Of a DNA stretch of 64,000 nucleotides, positions 50,658 through 59,934 are shown piece after piece; position 1 is the stretch's first letter, and the number at the start of each line of letters is the position of its first letter. The stretch comes from a virus. The position numbers and the translations under genes are program-made. The notes under the pieces were generated by a model. It worked only from the letters and a program-made list of their open reading frames with translations, was not told where the DNA came from and searched no databases. The DNA is taken from IMG/VR virus record IMGVR_UViG_3300042878_001080, positions 29,329 through 93,328 of that record; one strand, written 5' to 3'.

Positions 50658-52589
50658 TTAGTTAATTTTTATTGAGCAACAATCGCATCCACTAATAACA
50701 GGATTACTAATTGAGTAGTTATCGGTGCAATATCCAACAACACATTCACCTAATGTAGTTTTATCAACTCTTGATGTTGTATTGATTGTTATAGTATCAT
50801 TATTTGAAATTGTTAATGAACTCCAAACATCATCAATGTTTGATTGATAAACATATTCTTTTTGACAGTTAGTGATTGTATTAATCGATTGTGTGTTACC
50901 TGTTACTGTACTGTTAATTGATATTGGTGTGATGTTTTTAGTTAATACAGTTCCGGTTGTTAATATTGATGTTCCACTTGTTGGGGATGAATAAAAACTA
51001 TTGTTATGTATAATATCAAATGTGATGGTTGTACCATCAGGTAATGATGGATTTACATCGACGATTGTTTCGTAAGTATTAACTAATGATATATTATTAT
51101 TAACGGGTGTAGTATTAATCGTTTTAAGTGATATACTATATGTTGTGGATTGTTGTTGTTTATCTAATGTTACTGAACTTGAATAAGATTCTAATAATGA
51201 ATCAACAACCAATAATGAATAAATTCCACTACAAAGGTTGGTAAATATTGGGGATGATGAATACGTCACACCATTATCGATTGAGTAATTGAATGGAGGG
51301 TTATCTAATGTTACATTAAATATAATACTACCATCACATAAACAAGTTGGTTGATTAACACTTACTGGTGGTAATTGTTTTCTTACATTACCACAACTAC
51401 CTTCATTTGTTGTTATTGATTGTAATGGAAAACCTCCGGTTCCAAACCAGTTTGTTGGGTATGTTATTGAAGAAGTTAGTTGTGTATTTGAAAACATTAT
51501 ATTACCATAAATTGTTGAGGATAATAACCATCTGGTACCGTCCCAATTAATGGTTGAATTTGGGTTAAGTTCATTTTCGTCTATCCAAGTTGGTTTATTA
51601 TTAGAATCTAATCCATTATAAATAAAATGGGTGTCACTTACAGATATACCCCCTTTTTTAGGTGCTGATACTGATAAACAAAAATCAGGATATAAACTTA
51701 CTGTTGGAACAATTAATGTAACTGTGTTATTTAGACAATGTTCGTTATAGATATAGAAAACACCTAAATTAACTGGTGTTGTATTTGGTACTTTGACGAT
51801 AATACCTAATTGTAAAGTTGTTCTTGGTATGTTTTGTGCCAATACTCCGGATGGGTATAATATTGGTATATCGGCAGGTCCTGGAGGTGCACTATTGTAA
51901 TAAATTGTGTATGGACCATCTGATGTTGATTCCATAGTTAAACTTATAGTATAATAATAATGTGTGTTGTCTATTGGTGTTGGTGTGTAATTACTAATAG
52001 TTCCACTGAATGAACAGTCTCGTTCTGTATGAATATTACAAACTGTTATTGCAGTATAGTCGTGCCAGTAATCAACGGTTGTTGCCGTATAATAACCATT
52101 ACCAAGACCATCAATTGCTGGTGATACATTACCAGTATTCCACCAAGTAGTTTCATATGGGGGAGTTCCTCCTGATATTAGAAGAGATACTTGACCATCA
52201 TAACTGTCGTATGATGTAGGGTTAGATACCACACAATCAACAACCATTGGTAATATTGTAATAATCCCACATTCATTTTTATAACCAATAATTGTTGGGG
52301 GTGTTATAATTGGTGGTGTGTAACAAGGGTATGTATTAAAACATTTCTCACAATCGCTCTCCCATTGAAGACCTATTGGTGTTGTGTTATATATTTGATA
52401 ATTACCGACAGATGATAATGAACTACCACTATAAGTAACACATCCCTTAAAAGTTTCGATAGATAGTGGATATGTTTTACCTTCAGGATAGGAAAACCAA
52501 GAAGACCAATCATCGGTGGTACCTGAGGTAATTCCAAAAGGTTCGACCCCACCACAACATCCGCTAAAATAATGTATAATACTACCCAT
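50658..52589 (-). CDS. SprB-repeat-containing putative adhesin/tail protein
   Basis: DGQVSLLISGGTPPY..TW; CDGSI...PPFNYSIDNG.TY.SSPIFTNLCSGIY. Confidence 0.7.
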   Translation of the reverse strand: MGSIIHYFSGCCGGVEPFGITSGTTDDWSSWFSYPEGKTYPLSIETFKGCVTYSGSSLSSVGNYQIYNTTPIGLQWESDCEKCFNTYPCYTPPIITPPTIIGYKNECGIITILPMVVDCVVSNPTSYDSYDGQVSLLISGGTPPYETTWWNTGNVSPAIDGLGNGYYTATTVDYWHDYTAITVCNIHTERDCSFSGTISNYTPTPIDNTHYYYTISLTMESTSDGPYTIYYNSAPPGPADIPILYPSGVLAQNIPRTTLQLGIIVKVPNTTPVNLGVFYIYNEHCLNNTVTLIVPTVSLYPDFCLSVSAPKKGGISVSDTHFIYNGLDSNNKPTWIDENELNPNSTINWDGTRWLLSSTIYGNIMFSNTQLTSSITYPTNWFGTGGFPLQSITTNEGSCGNVRKQLPPVSVNQPTCLCDGSIIFNVTLDNPPFNYSIDNGVTYSSSPIFTNLCSGIYSLLVVDSLLESYSSSVTLDKQQQSTTYSISLKTINTTPVNNNISLVNTYETIVDVNPSLPDGTTITFDIIHNNSFYSSPTSGTSILTTGTVLTKNITPISINSTVTGNTQSINTITNCQKEYVYQSNIDDVWSSLTISNNDTITINTTSRVDKTTLGECVVGYCTDNYSISNPVISGCDCCSIKIN

Positions 52590-52691
52590 TTTTATTAATT
52601 GTTTTATTATAAATAATCTAAAGTTTGATTTTATTAAAATATAATTGACATTTACTTTTAATAAATGGTGTGGTTGGTGATATTTATTAGT

Positions 52692-52862
52692 ATGAAACTT
52701 ATTAGTACCATATCCAATATTGTTACGGAAGCTAAAGAACTATATGATTTGGCTTGTGATAAAGGAGTTCCTGAAAAAGAATTGGAACGACTTGAAAAAA
52801 ATTATTACGAATCCTTAAAACTTCTAAGGATATATGAAAACTTGGGTAAGAATCCTAAATAA
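52692..52862 (+). CDS. Small hypothetical protein
   Basis: ATG 52692 directly after TATTTATT; MKLISTISNIVTEAKELYD... Confidence 0.6.
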   Translation: MKLISTISNIVTEAKELYDLACDKGVPEKELERLEKNYYESLKLLRIYENLGKNPK

Positions 52863-54105
52863 CACCACCATCAGTTATATTCCACCCATAACCACCGGAA
52901 ATTACTGGATTGGTTAGGATATCTCTACCGGATTGGCTGGATGATGTGTATTGTGCATCACCAAACTTTATATTAAGTGATAGTTGAAGTGATGGTAATG
53001 AACTCCACCCATTATATATAGAGTCTAGATTATTTGAAGAAAACGTTGATGGGGTTTTATCTTCCATGAATGAAGTAAAATCATTAACCATTGATACATT
53101 CCAGTTTCCAATGTTTTGGTCAAATAATGAAAATATAAACATGGCAACCATTGTTGTGACATTTGACACATTCCAACCGGATAATGGTTGGTTAAATAGT
53201 GAATTTTGAAACATTTGATTCATTTCGGTAACGTTCGAAACATCCCACGAATTAATATCTTGGTCGAATACCGTTCCCGCAAACATATCATTCATGTTAG
53301 TAACGCCTGAAACATTCCAATTACCGATAGGACTGTTAAACATTGAATTTGAAAACATACTATTCATTTGAGTAACGTTCGATACATCCCATGAACTTAT
53401 ATCGTCATTAAATCCTGAACCATCAAACATCCCATACATGGTGGTAATATTACTAACATCCCAATTATTAATAAACGGTATTGTTGTTAATGAAACACAT
53501 GACGCAAATGTATCTTCTAAATTATATATTCCGGATAAATTAAGTGTGTCTGTAACATTTGTTAATGATAAATCGTAACAATTGTAAAAATTACTACCAC
53601 TATTACCTAATTGAAGACAACCCCACTGTAATATTTCAATAATATTTACAGAATAGGGTGAAGACATAAACGACCACCCATTTATAATTCCTTTGATGGT
53701 TATTGTATAGGTTCCAGCTACATCGTAAGTGTGGGAACTATTTGAATATGAGTTAGATGAAAAAGTGCCGTCACCCCAATCTATTATTCCATCGTATGTT
53801 CCATCTAACTCATAAGGTAATGTAATACTCTCAAATGAACTTGTTGTTCTCCAAACAGAGATAAATGCTGGTGATAACATATTACAATCAATAATCTTAA
53901 ATCTTTCACAACCATCGGATGTTATTATTTTAATACCGACAGCGGGTGCCATGTCAAATGGGAATGGTAATAATATTTCGTTTATTGGTGGTACAGATGT
54001 TGTGATGGTTGATATTAAAACACAATCATTACCATAGACATTACACACATATATATTATATGGGTATGTTAATCCTGTTATTGTATTTAATGTTATTGAT
54101 GTCAT
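52855..54105 (-). CDS. BspA/DUF285-repeat protein with PKD-like domain
   Basis: Tandem ~23-aa WDVSNVT.M..MF....FN..I.. repeats; IDWGDG...HTY..AGTYTITI. Confidence 0.88.
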   Translation of the reverse strand: MTSITLNTITGLTYPYNIYVCNVYGNDCVLISTITTSVPPINEILLPFPFDMAPAVGIKIITSDGCERFKIIDCNMLSPAFISVWRTTSSFESITLPYELDGTYDGIIDWGDGTFSSNSYSNSSHTYDVAGTYTITIKGIINGWSFMSSPYSVNIIEILQWGCLQLGNSGSNFYNCYDLSLTNVTDTLNLSGIYNLEDTFASCVSLTTIPFINNWDVSNITTMYGMFDGSGFNDDISSWDVSNVTQMNSMFSNSMFNSPIGNWNVSGVTNMNDMFAGTVFDQDINSWDVSNVTEMNQMFQNSLFNQPLSGWNVSNVTTMVAMFIFSLFDQNIGNWNVSMVNDFTSFMEDKTPSTFSSNNLDSIYNGWSSLPSLQLSLNIKFGDAQYTSSSQSGRDILTNPVISGGYGWNITDGGVI

Positions 54106-54108
54106 AAA

Positions 54109-55620
54109 TTAAGGACAGTATAACCAATTAGTACCATTAATGTGTATGTTAAAATAAAGTGGTGAATTATCGGTTATTGTTATTGTTGCTGGATTAGTCG
54201 GACCACAGTACCCCGTGTATGTTGCGTTAACAGCTTGTCCTGGTACAACGGTACCTTGACCAATACCGAATGTGATTGAGTTTCTAACATATGTGGCTCC
54301 TTGTTCTGTGATATAAAAATTATAAGTTTCTCCCGAACATAATGAATTAATAAAGTGTGGTGTTATCACTGAAGATGTTGTGTAATGTCCAAATAATGGT
54401 GTTCCAAATAATGATGAACCACCTAAAGTACTATAACAACTAATAGGTTCTGATGATTTTTTAAAATAAATGTAAATACCATATCCTGCTGGTGGAATAA
54501 CGTTTATGTCTTTAGTTAAATAAGCATAAACTGATGGTAATTGATTAGGGAACGATGGGTTACATAAAGAACAATTAAGTTGTGTTGTACTTGGAGTCAT
54601 CGTCATAGTCATTGTTGGTGTATGTGTCGGAGTTTGTGTTGGTGTGTGACTTGGTGATGCTCCCGGTGTTCCGGTCGGTGTGTGTGTTGGAGTTCTAGTC
54701 ATTGTTGGTGTTTGGGTAGGTGTTGAAGTATGTGTTGGTGTTGGGGTTGGAACAATTGCTGATTGGCAATATATACAAGCACCGTCTTCATATGAAAAAC
54801 CGTAAGGACCAGTAGTTATGTTAATTGTGTTAATATTTCCGTGGTCATAATCCATACCAAGGTAAGATATACATCTTGTTTCGGTCACACCGTTGTTATT
54901 AACAGTTGCCCCTAAAACAATATATAAATCAAATTCAAATCCTGTTGGGGTTCCGGTTACATCAGTACAATAGTAAAAATCGCCATTATAACAATCTTGA
55001 AACTTCAATACTCCCGGACAAATAATTTGACCTGTGATTGCGGAATAACTACCAAATCCATCAATCAAACAATTTCTAGATATTAATGGTGAGTTAAAAG
55101 GTAATTTAGACCATATATTGTTTTCGTCATACATAGTTGGTGTTACTGTTGGTGTTGGTGTTGGTGTCGGAGTATATGTGTAACCACTAGCATCAATACC
55201 GATTATTGAACAATAGTTTGTTGAACTTGGTGTAACCGTAGGTGTTGGAGTTACGCTAGCACTTGGTGTCGGAGTTGGTGTTGGGATAAATTCACAATCA
55301 AAGATTGCTGTAAAATCTAAAACATCACAATTTTGAGTTGGTGTTGGTGTAGGTGTTAAACATATACCACTAAAGACATAGGATGTTGATAAGTCGGGAC
55401 AGATACTTGTGGATGGATACTTACCACTTAAATAACAAGTACCTCCAAGAATATTAGATAAACACCATTCACTAGTTGTCCCCGTTGTATGATATATAGT
55501 CCAACCACTGGTTTGACCCGTCCAATATGTGTAACCATTATAGGTACCACCTGTTATGTAGTTATCGTCGGCACCTACTATTCCGGTATTATTTACACAA
55601 TATGTTGAATTACAAGCCAT
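54109..55620 (-). CDS. Cys-rich Thr-Pro-linker virion/adhesin-like protein
   Basis: Four PT tracts separating small Cys-containing domains. Confidence 0.65.
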   Translation of the reverse strand: MACNSTYCVNNTGIVGADDNYITGGTYNGYTYWTGQTSGWTIYHTTGTTSEWCLSNILGGTCYLSGKYPSTSICPDLSTSYVFSGICLTPTPTPTQNCDVLDFTAIFDCEFIPTPTPTPSASVTPTPTVTPSSTNYCSIIGIDASGYTYTPTPTPTPTVTPTMYDENNIWSKLPFNSPLISRNCLIDGFGSYSAITGQIICPGVLKFQDCYNGDFYYCTDVTGTPTGFEFDLYIVLGATVNNNGVTETRCISYLGMDYDHGNINTINITTGPYGFSYEDGACIYCQSAIVPTPTPTHTSTPTQTPTMTRTPTHTPTGTPGASPSHTPTQTPTHTPTMTMTMTPSTTQLNCSLCNPSFPNQLPSVYAYLTKDINVIPPAGYGIYIYFKKSSEPISCYSTLGGSSLFGTPLFGHYTTSSVITPHFINSLCSGETYNFYITEQGATYVRNSITFGIGQGTVVPGQAVNATYTGYCGPTNPATITITDNSPLYFNIHINGTNWLYCP

Positions 55621-55621
55621 A

Positions 55622-55843
55622 TTAGATTACTATATTTGAGATTGAGGTACAACCATTATTATCAACAACTTTTAAATTAAATGATATCTGACCTTCCATA
55701 ATTGAAGGAACCTGAAAATCGTAAGGTAACGATGATGATGGTATTGTGTTAATATATACACAAGTAACATTTAATGAATCACATAGATAAACATTAAAGG
55801 GTGTTGCTCCGGATATATTATTGATATTAATATTTGTTGGCAT
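55622..55843 (-). CDS. Small protein paralogous to the N-terminus of the BspA-repeat protein
   Basis: MPTNININNISGATPFNVYLCD...KVVDNNGC; start moved to ATG 55843. Confidence 0.7.
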   Translation of the reverse strand: MPTNININNISGATPFNVYLCDSLNVTCVYINTIPSSSLPYDFQVPSIMEGQISFNLKVVDNNGCTSISNIVI

Positions 55844-55895
55844 TTGGTTAAAAGTTATTATCATAAATATAGTAGGATTAAAAAACTAATAAAGT

Positions 55896-55926
55896 TTTGA
55901 TAATAATAATTTTATTCTTATCTTTG
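55896..55926 (+). promoter_or_regulatory. Bacteroidota-type promoter TTTG-N19-TATCTTTG
   Basis: Matches the -33 TTTG / -7 TAnnTTTG consensus; 5 nt upstream of the primase ATG. Confidence 0.7.
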
Positions 55927-55931
55927 CCCCT

Positions 55932-56831
55932 ATGTCAGACGATGCGGAAATATTATTAGAGATACTACACGAAATTTTGGGTGATGAGAAACTTCATTAC
56001 GAATCGAAGGGTCAAATATCTTTTGACTGTCCGATATGTGATGAGGACCAACACAAAGGAAATATGGAGGTAAATTATTTTGACCACGTATTTAAGTGTT
56101 GGAGTTGTGGTGATGAGAATAATACCAAAGGACCTCTTGGAAAACTTATAGATAATTTTGGTAACAAGAAACAAAAAAAAATCTACAATCTACTCCAACC
56201 TGAGAATCACAAACCAAAAGAGAAACGAGTTGATAAACTAAAACTACCTGAGGGATTCACAAAATTCAAGGATAGTAGTTTGGTTTATCCAGTTCGTCGT
56301 CAGGCGTATAACTATTTAACTCAACGAGGAATAACCGATAAGATTATTGAAAAGTATGGTATTGGGTTCTGTGATAAAGGTGCGTTCTCTGGTAGGATAA
56401 TTATACCCTCCTATGATATAAAGGATGAGTTAAACTATTTCATTGCTCGAAGTTGGGACCCAAATAGCCGAGCTAAGTACAAGAATCCGGAAGCAGCTAA
56501 AGATGAGATAATCTTCTTTGAGAGTACAATCAATTGGAATGCTGACATCCATCTTTGTGAGGGAGCGTTTGATGCTATCTTTCTACCTAATAGTATTTCT
56601 ATGTTGGGAAAACATATGTCTGAGTTATTACTTAATACACTGTATGAGAAGGCGAATGGTAATATAATTATTTGTTTGGATAGTGACGCCTTCCAAGATG
56701 CTATTAAATTATACCATAATTTAAATGGGGGTAGATTATATGGTAAAGTAAAATTAATAAAATTAACTGGTGATGCTGATGTTGCCGATTTAAGGGGAAA
56801 CATTAGTGATTACTTTTATACAATGAAATAA
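55932..56831 (+). CDS. dnaG: DNA primase
   Basis: Zn finger CPIC..CWSC; GRIIIP, KYKNP, TOPRIM CEGAFDA and CLDSDA. Confidence 0.92.
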   Translation: MSDDAEILLEILHEILGDEKLHYESKGQISFDCPICDEDQHKGNMEVNYFDHVFKCWSCGDENNTKGPLGKLIDNFGNKKQKKIYNLLQPENHKPKEKRVDKLKLPEGFTKFKDSSLVYPVRRQAYNYLTQRGITDKIIEKYGIGFCDKGAFSGRIIIPSYDIKDELNYFIARSWDPNSRAKYKNPEAAKDEIIFFESTINWNADIHLCEGAFDAIFLPNSISMLGKHMSELLLNTLYEKANGNIIICLDSDAFQDAIKLYHNLNGGRLYGKVKLIKLTGDADVADLRGNISDYFYTMK

Positions 56832-56855
56832 AGTTGTTAAAAATAACAACTTTAT
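56828..56855. repeat. Perfect 12-bp inverted repeat
   Basis: ATAAAGTTGTTA-AAAA-TAACAACTTTAT. Confidence 0.8.
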
Positions 56856-56879
56856 ATAAAACTATGATATTTATATAAT

Positions 56880-57041
56880 ATGGGAAGAAACAAAAAAAAT
56901 AACGAAGAAAAAAAACAAAGTATATCTATTGCTCTTAAACCTGAGATTTTAGAATACTACAGGAATCTTCATATTAACTTGTCTTCGTTAGTTAATAAAT
57001 TATTAGAAGATTATAAAGAAAATGGAAACAAAAGTTTGTAA
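56880..57041 (+). CDS. Small ribbon-helix-helix-like protein, copy 2 (not in ORF track)
   Basis: MGRNKKNNEEKKQSISIALKPEILEYYRNLHINLSSLVNKLLEDYKENGNKSL. Confidence 0.8.
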   Translation: MGRNKKNNEEKKQSISIALKPEILEYYRNLHINLSSLVNKLLEDYKENGNKSL

Positions 57042-57579
57042 AAAGTGTGGTGTTGAAAAATTACTTTGTGATTATAATAAAGATAAGTATTCATCTGATG
57101 GTTTGAGATACCGATGTCGGGAATGCACATCGTTAGAGTATAAAAATTTTTATTATAAAAATAGAAAAAATGAAATTCAAAGACAGGTTAATTATCAAAA
57201 AAATAATGATGAATCTGTTAAAAAAAGTAGAAATTACCGACATCAAAAAAATTATGATAATAACATTTTGTATAAATTAAAATTTAATATTAGAAATAGG
57301 GTTAAACTTTTTATTAAAAGTGTTAATTTTGATATAAAAACTAATAACACCTATAATATTGTAGGTTGTACTCCTGAAGAATTAAAAATTTATCTTGAAG
57401 GACAATTTACCGAAGGTATGTCTTGGGATAATCATAAACACACGGGGTGGCATATAGACCATATAATACCGATATCTTCAGCTAAAACAGAAGAGGATGT
57501 TTATAAATTATGTCATTATACTAATTTACAACCATTGTGGTGTAATGAGAATTATAAAAAAGGAAAAAAAATAATATGA
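57022..57579 (+). CDS. Free-standing HNH endonuclease with Zn ribbon, copy 2
   Basis: CKKC..CREC; WHIDHIIPISSAKTE...LCHYTNLQPLW. Confidence 0.9.
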   Translation: METKVCKKCGVEKLLCDYNKDKYSSDGLRYRCRECTSLEYKNFYYKNRKNEIQRQVNYQKNNDESVKKSRNYRHQKNYDNNILYKLKFNIRNRVKLFIKSVNFDIKTNNTYNIVGCTPEELKIYLEGQFTEGMSWDNHKHTGWHIDHIIPISSAKTEEDVYKLCHYTNLQPLWCNENYKKGKKII

Positions 57580-58439
57580 ATAAATTAAAAAATGTTGCAA
57601 CTGAAATATTAGATATTTTAGAAAAAAGACGACAAGAACTTGAACTTACATTTGTGGAGGACACACATACCTACACGATGAAAAACGCCAAAGGTGAATT
57701 AAAAAGTGATTGGCCTTCGGTAAGTAAAGTAATGAAGTCATTTTACACAGAATTTGATTCTGAAGGGATATCTTTAAAGAAGGCGAATGGAGACCCCGAA
57801 GTCCAACAACAATTATTGGCCGAATGGAAAGCCGCTGCCGACTATTCAATAAATGTGGGAAGTAGAACTCACTTTTTATTGGAAAAAAAATCTTTAGAGA
57901 TGTTTGAGTTGGATAAGGAAGTTAGACAACCTGAATTTGAGTGTAATTTTGAACAGATATTACGTAGTGATTCTATGGTGTCTGCCGGAACTAACTTTTT
58001 AGAAACTATGAAAGAGCGTGGAGCGTTATTGTTGGATACAGAGTTAATTCTTGGTGACTATGAGTATGGTTATACAGGTGCTCCCGATAAAATGTGGTTA
58101 ATTGAGAATAAAGATAAAACTGAGATTGGTATTATCTGTACGGATTATAAAACTAATAAACCAAAAAACTTTGAGGCGAGTTATTTTACCAAAAAAATGA
58201 AATATCCTTTCGAAAAGTTAGATGATACCGCTCTTGGACATTATTCAACACAATTACCATTTTATTGTAAGCTATTATTAAAGATGTTGAAAGGGTCTAA
58301 ATACGAAAACATTAAAGTATTTGGATGTATTATTGTTCTTGTTAAAGATAATGGAACATTTGAAGAATTTAGAATACCAAAATCAGTTCAACAAACCATA
58401 TTGGATATGGATATGAAAAAGTATTTGACTAAGAAATAA
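57576..58439 (+). CDS. PD-(D/E)XK (Cas4/RecB-like) exonuclease
   Basis: PSVS, GSRTH, TE, GAPD, DYKT, YSTQLPFY. Confidence 0.8.
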   Translation: MNKLKNVATEILDILEKRRQELELTFVEDTHTYTMKNAKGELKSDWPSVSKVMKSFYTEFDSEGISLKKANGDPEVQQQLLAEWKAAADYSINVGSRTHFLLEKKSLEMFELDKEVRQPEFECNFEQILRSDSMVSAGTNFLETMKERGALLLDTELILGDYEYGYTGAPDKMWLIENKDKTEIGIICTDYKTNKPKNFEASYFTKKMKYPFEKLDDTALGHYSTQLPFYCKLLLKMLKGSKYENIKVFGCIIVLVKDNGTFEEFRIPKSVQQTILDMDMKKYLTKK

Positions 58440-58453
58440 AAATTAACTAAATT
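58425..58453 (+). promoter_or_regulatory. Possible promoter TTGACT-N17-TAAATT
   Basis: Same architecture as the SSB promoter; upstream of ORF 58468. Confidence 0.4.
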
Positions 58454-58467
58454 TAAAAGAAAAACAT

Positions 58468-58683
58468 ATGGACGATTTATTGAAACCAAAGATTGATTTA
58501 AAAAAACAACCAACGGTTGAGTGTAGTGAGTGTAGTTGCATCTACTTCAAAGAAGTTGTTATGATAAAAAAAGTAAACAAATTATTAACAGGAAGTCAGG
58601 AAGATACTATAGTTCCATTTCCAACTTATCGATGTGATGATTGTGGTCACGTAAATGAGGATTTTAAATTATTTGATAAGTAA
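58468..58683 (+). CDS. Small Zn-ribbon protein
   Basis: CSEC ... CDDCGH. Confidence 0.75.
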   Translation: MDDLLKPKIDLKKQPTVECSECSCIYFKEVVMIKKVNKLLTGSQEDTIVPFPTYRCDDCGHVNEDFKLFDK

Positions 58684-58868
58684 TGAAACTATTTAAACGA
58701 AAAGATGTTTGTGCACCTTGTACCGCATCGTTATGGTTAATACCGACAATGTCTTATATATTCGGTAAAGTTGGTGGTTTAACATATAATAGAGAATGGA
58801 TATGGTGGGTGGGAATACCAACTATGTTTTTAATATGGGTATTATTAAATTGGAAAATAAAAAAATAA
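58683..58868 (+). CDS. Small two-TM membrane protein
   Basis: Two hydrophobic segments; start overlaps the upstream stop. Confidence 0.6.
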   Translation: MKLFKRKDVCAPCTASLWLIPTMSYIFGKVGGLTYNREWIWWVGIPTMFLIWVLLNWKIKK

Positions 58869-58869
58869 G

Positions 58870-59655
58870 ATGATAAAAAAAATAGTACATTTTAGTGATT
58901 TACACATACGATTGTTTAAAGACCACGACTTATATCGAGGAATCTTGAATAATATGTTGGAACAATTCAAAGAGATTGCTCCGGATAGAATTGTCTTCAC
59001 CGGAGATTTAGTTCATTCCAAAAATCAAATGACTCCTGAACTTATTGAGTTTGTTGCTTGGATTCTTACGGAATGTTCTCAGATTGCCAAAACCATAGTT
59101 ATTATTGGAAATCACGACTTCTTGGAAAGTAACTCCTCAAGGTTGGACGCTCTTACACCGGTGATTGATTCCTTAAAAAACGACAACATCGTTTATTTGA
59201 AGAACAGAGGAGAATACGAGGACGATAATGTTGATTGGGTAGTGTATTCATTACTTGACCATAACATCCCACCTGAGATTGAAAAAACGGGTAGATTAAA
59301 GATTGGTTTATTCCATGGGCCGGTTCAGGGATTAACAACTGATATTGGGTATAAATTTGAGACAGGATTTGAAACTGATAAGTTTGACGGATGTGATTTG
59401 GTATTATGTGGTGATATTCACAAAAGACAAATCTTCAACATTCCGGGTGGAAAGAAAGCGTATATGGTTGGTTCAACAATTCAACAGAACTATGGTGAGA
59501 CAATAACCAAACACGGATTCGGTATCTATAATCTTGAGACAGATGATTATTCATTTGTTGATTTGGATAATCCAAAACCTTTCTTATCATTTAAGATGAA
59601 ATCATTTGATGATATAATAAACGGAACAGAAAAATTAGTTAATAGTGGAAAATAA
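58870..59655 (+). CDS. sbcD: SbcD/Mre11 (gp47-like) nuclease, catalytic domain only
   Basis: SDLH, TGDLVH, GNHD, FHG, GDIH, GSTIQQNYGE. Confidence 0.88.
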   Translation: MIKKIVHFSDLHIRLFKDHDLYRGILNNMLEQFKEIAPDRIVFTGDLVHSKNQMTPELIEFVAWILTECSQIAKTIVIIGNHDFLESNSSRLDALTPVIDSLKNDNIVYLKNRGEYEDDNVDWVVYSLLDHNIPPEIEKTGRLKIGLFHGPVQGLTTDIGYKFETGFETDKFDGCDLVLCGDIHKRQIFNIPGGKKAYMVGSTIQQNYGETITKHGFGIYNLETDDYSFVDLDNPKPFLSFKMKSFDDIINGTEKLVNSGK

Positions 59656-59827
59656 TGTAATAGGTAGAACACTTGATTTAGATTTAGGGTCTACACCGGT
59701 CAATGTGACCATAAAGGAAATAACTGATACCAAAGTGATTGTGGAATATAACAATTCTACACCGGGAAGAACTGAAGAGTTTACAATTATTGACTTTGAG
59801 TATTTTAGTGGGTTAAAAATTAAATAA
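59645..59827 (+). CDS. Hypothetical protein
   Basis: 60 aa, GTG start overlapping sbcD. Confidence 0.55.
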   Translation: MENNVIGRTLDLDLGSTPVNVTIKEITDTKVIVEYNNSTPGRTEEFTIIDFEYFSGLKIK

Positions 59828-59829
59828 CA

Positions 59830-59934
59830 ATGGGAAATCTTAGAGACAAATTCTCCGATGAGGAGTGGGAAGAATTACTTAAAAAAATAGAACAAGAAGA
59901 CAAAGAACGTGCAGCAAATCAAGTTAACAAGTAG
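59830..59934 (+). CDS. 34-aa helical peptide (not in ORF track)
   Basis: MGNLRDKFSDEEWEELLKKIEQEDKERAANQVNK; fills the gap between neighbours. Confidence 0.55.
   Translation: MGNLRDKFSDEEWEELLKKIEQEDKERAANQVNK

Noticed and set aside
44157-55620. Diversity-generating retroelement or invertase-driven shufflon
   Set aside because: No reverse transcriptase, adenine-variable repeat pair or site-specific recombinase seen in the window
57576-58439. cas4 as part of a CRISPR system
   Set aside because: Generic PD-(D/E)XK motifs, no Fe-S Cys set evident, replication context
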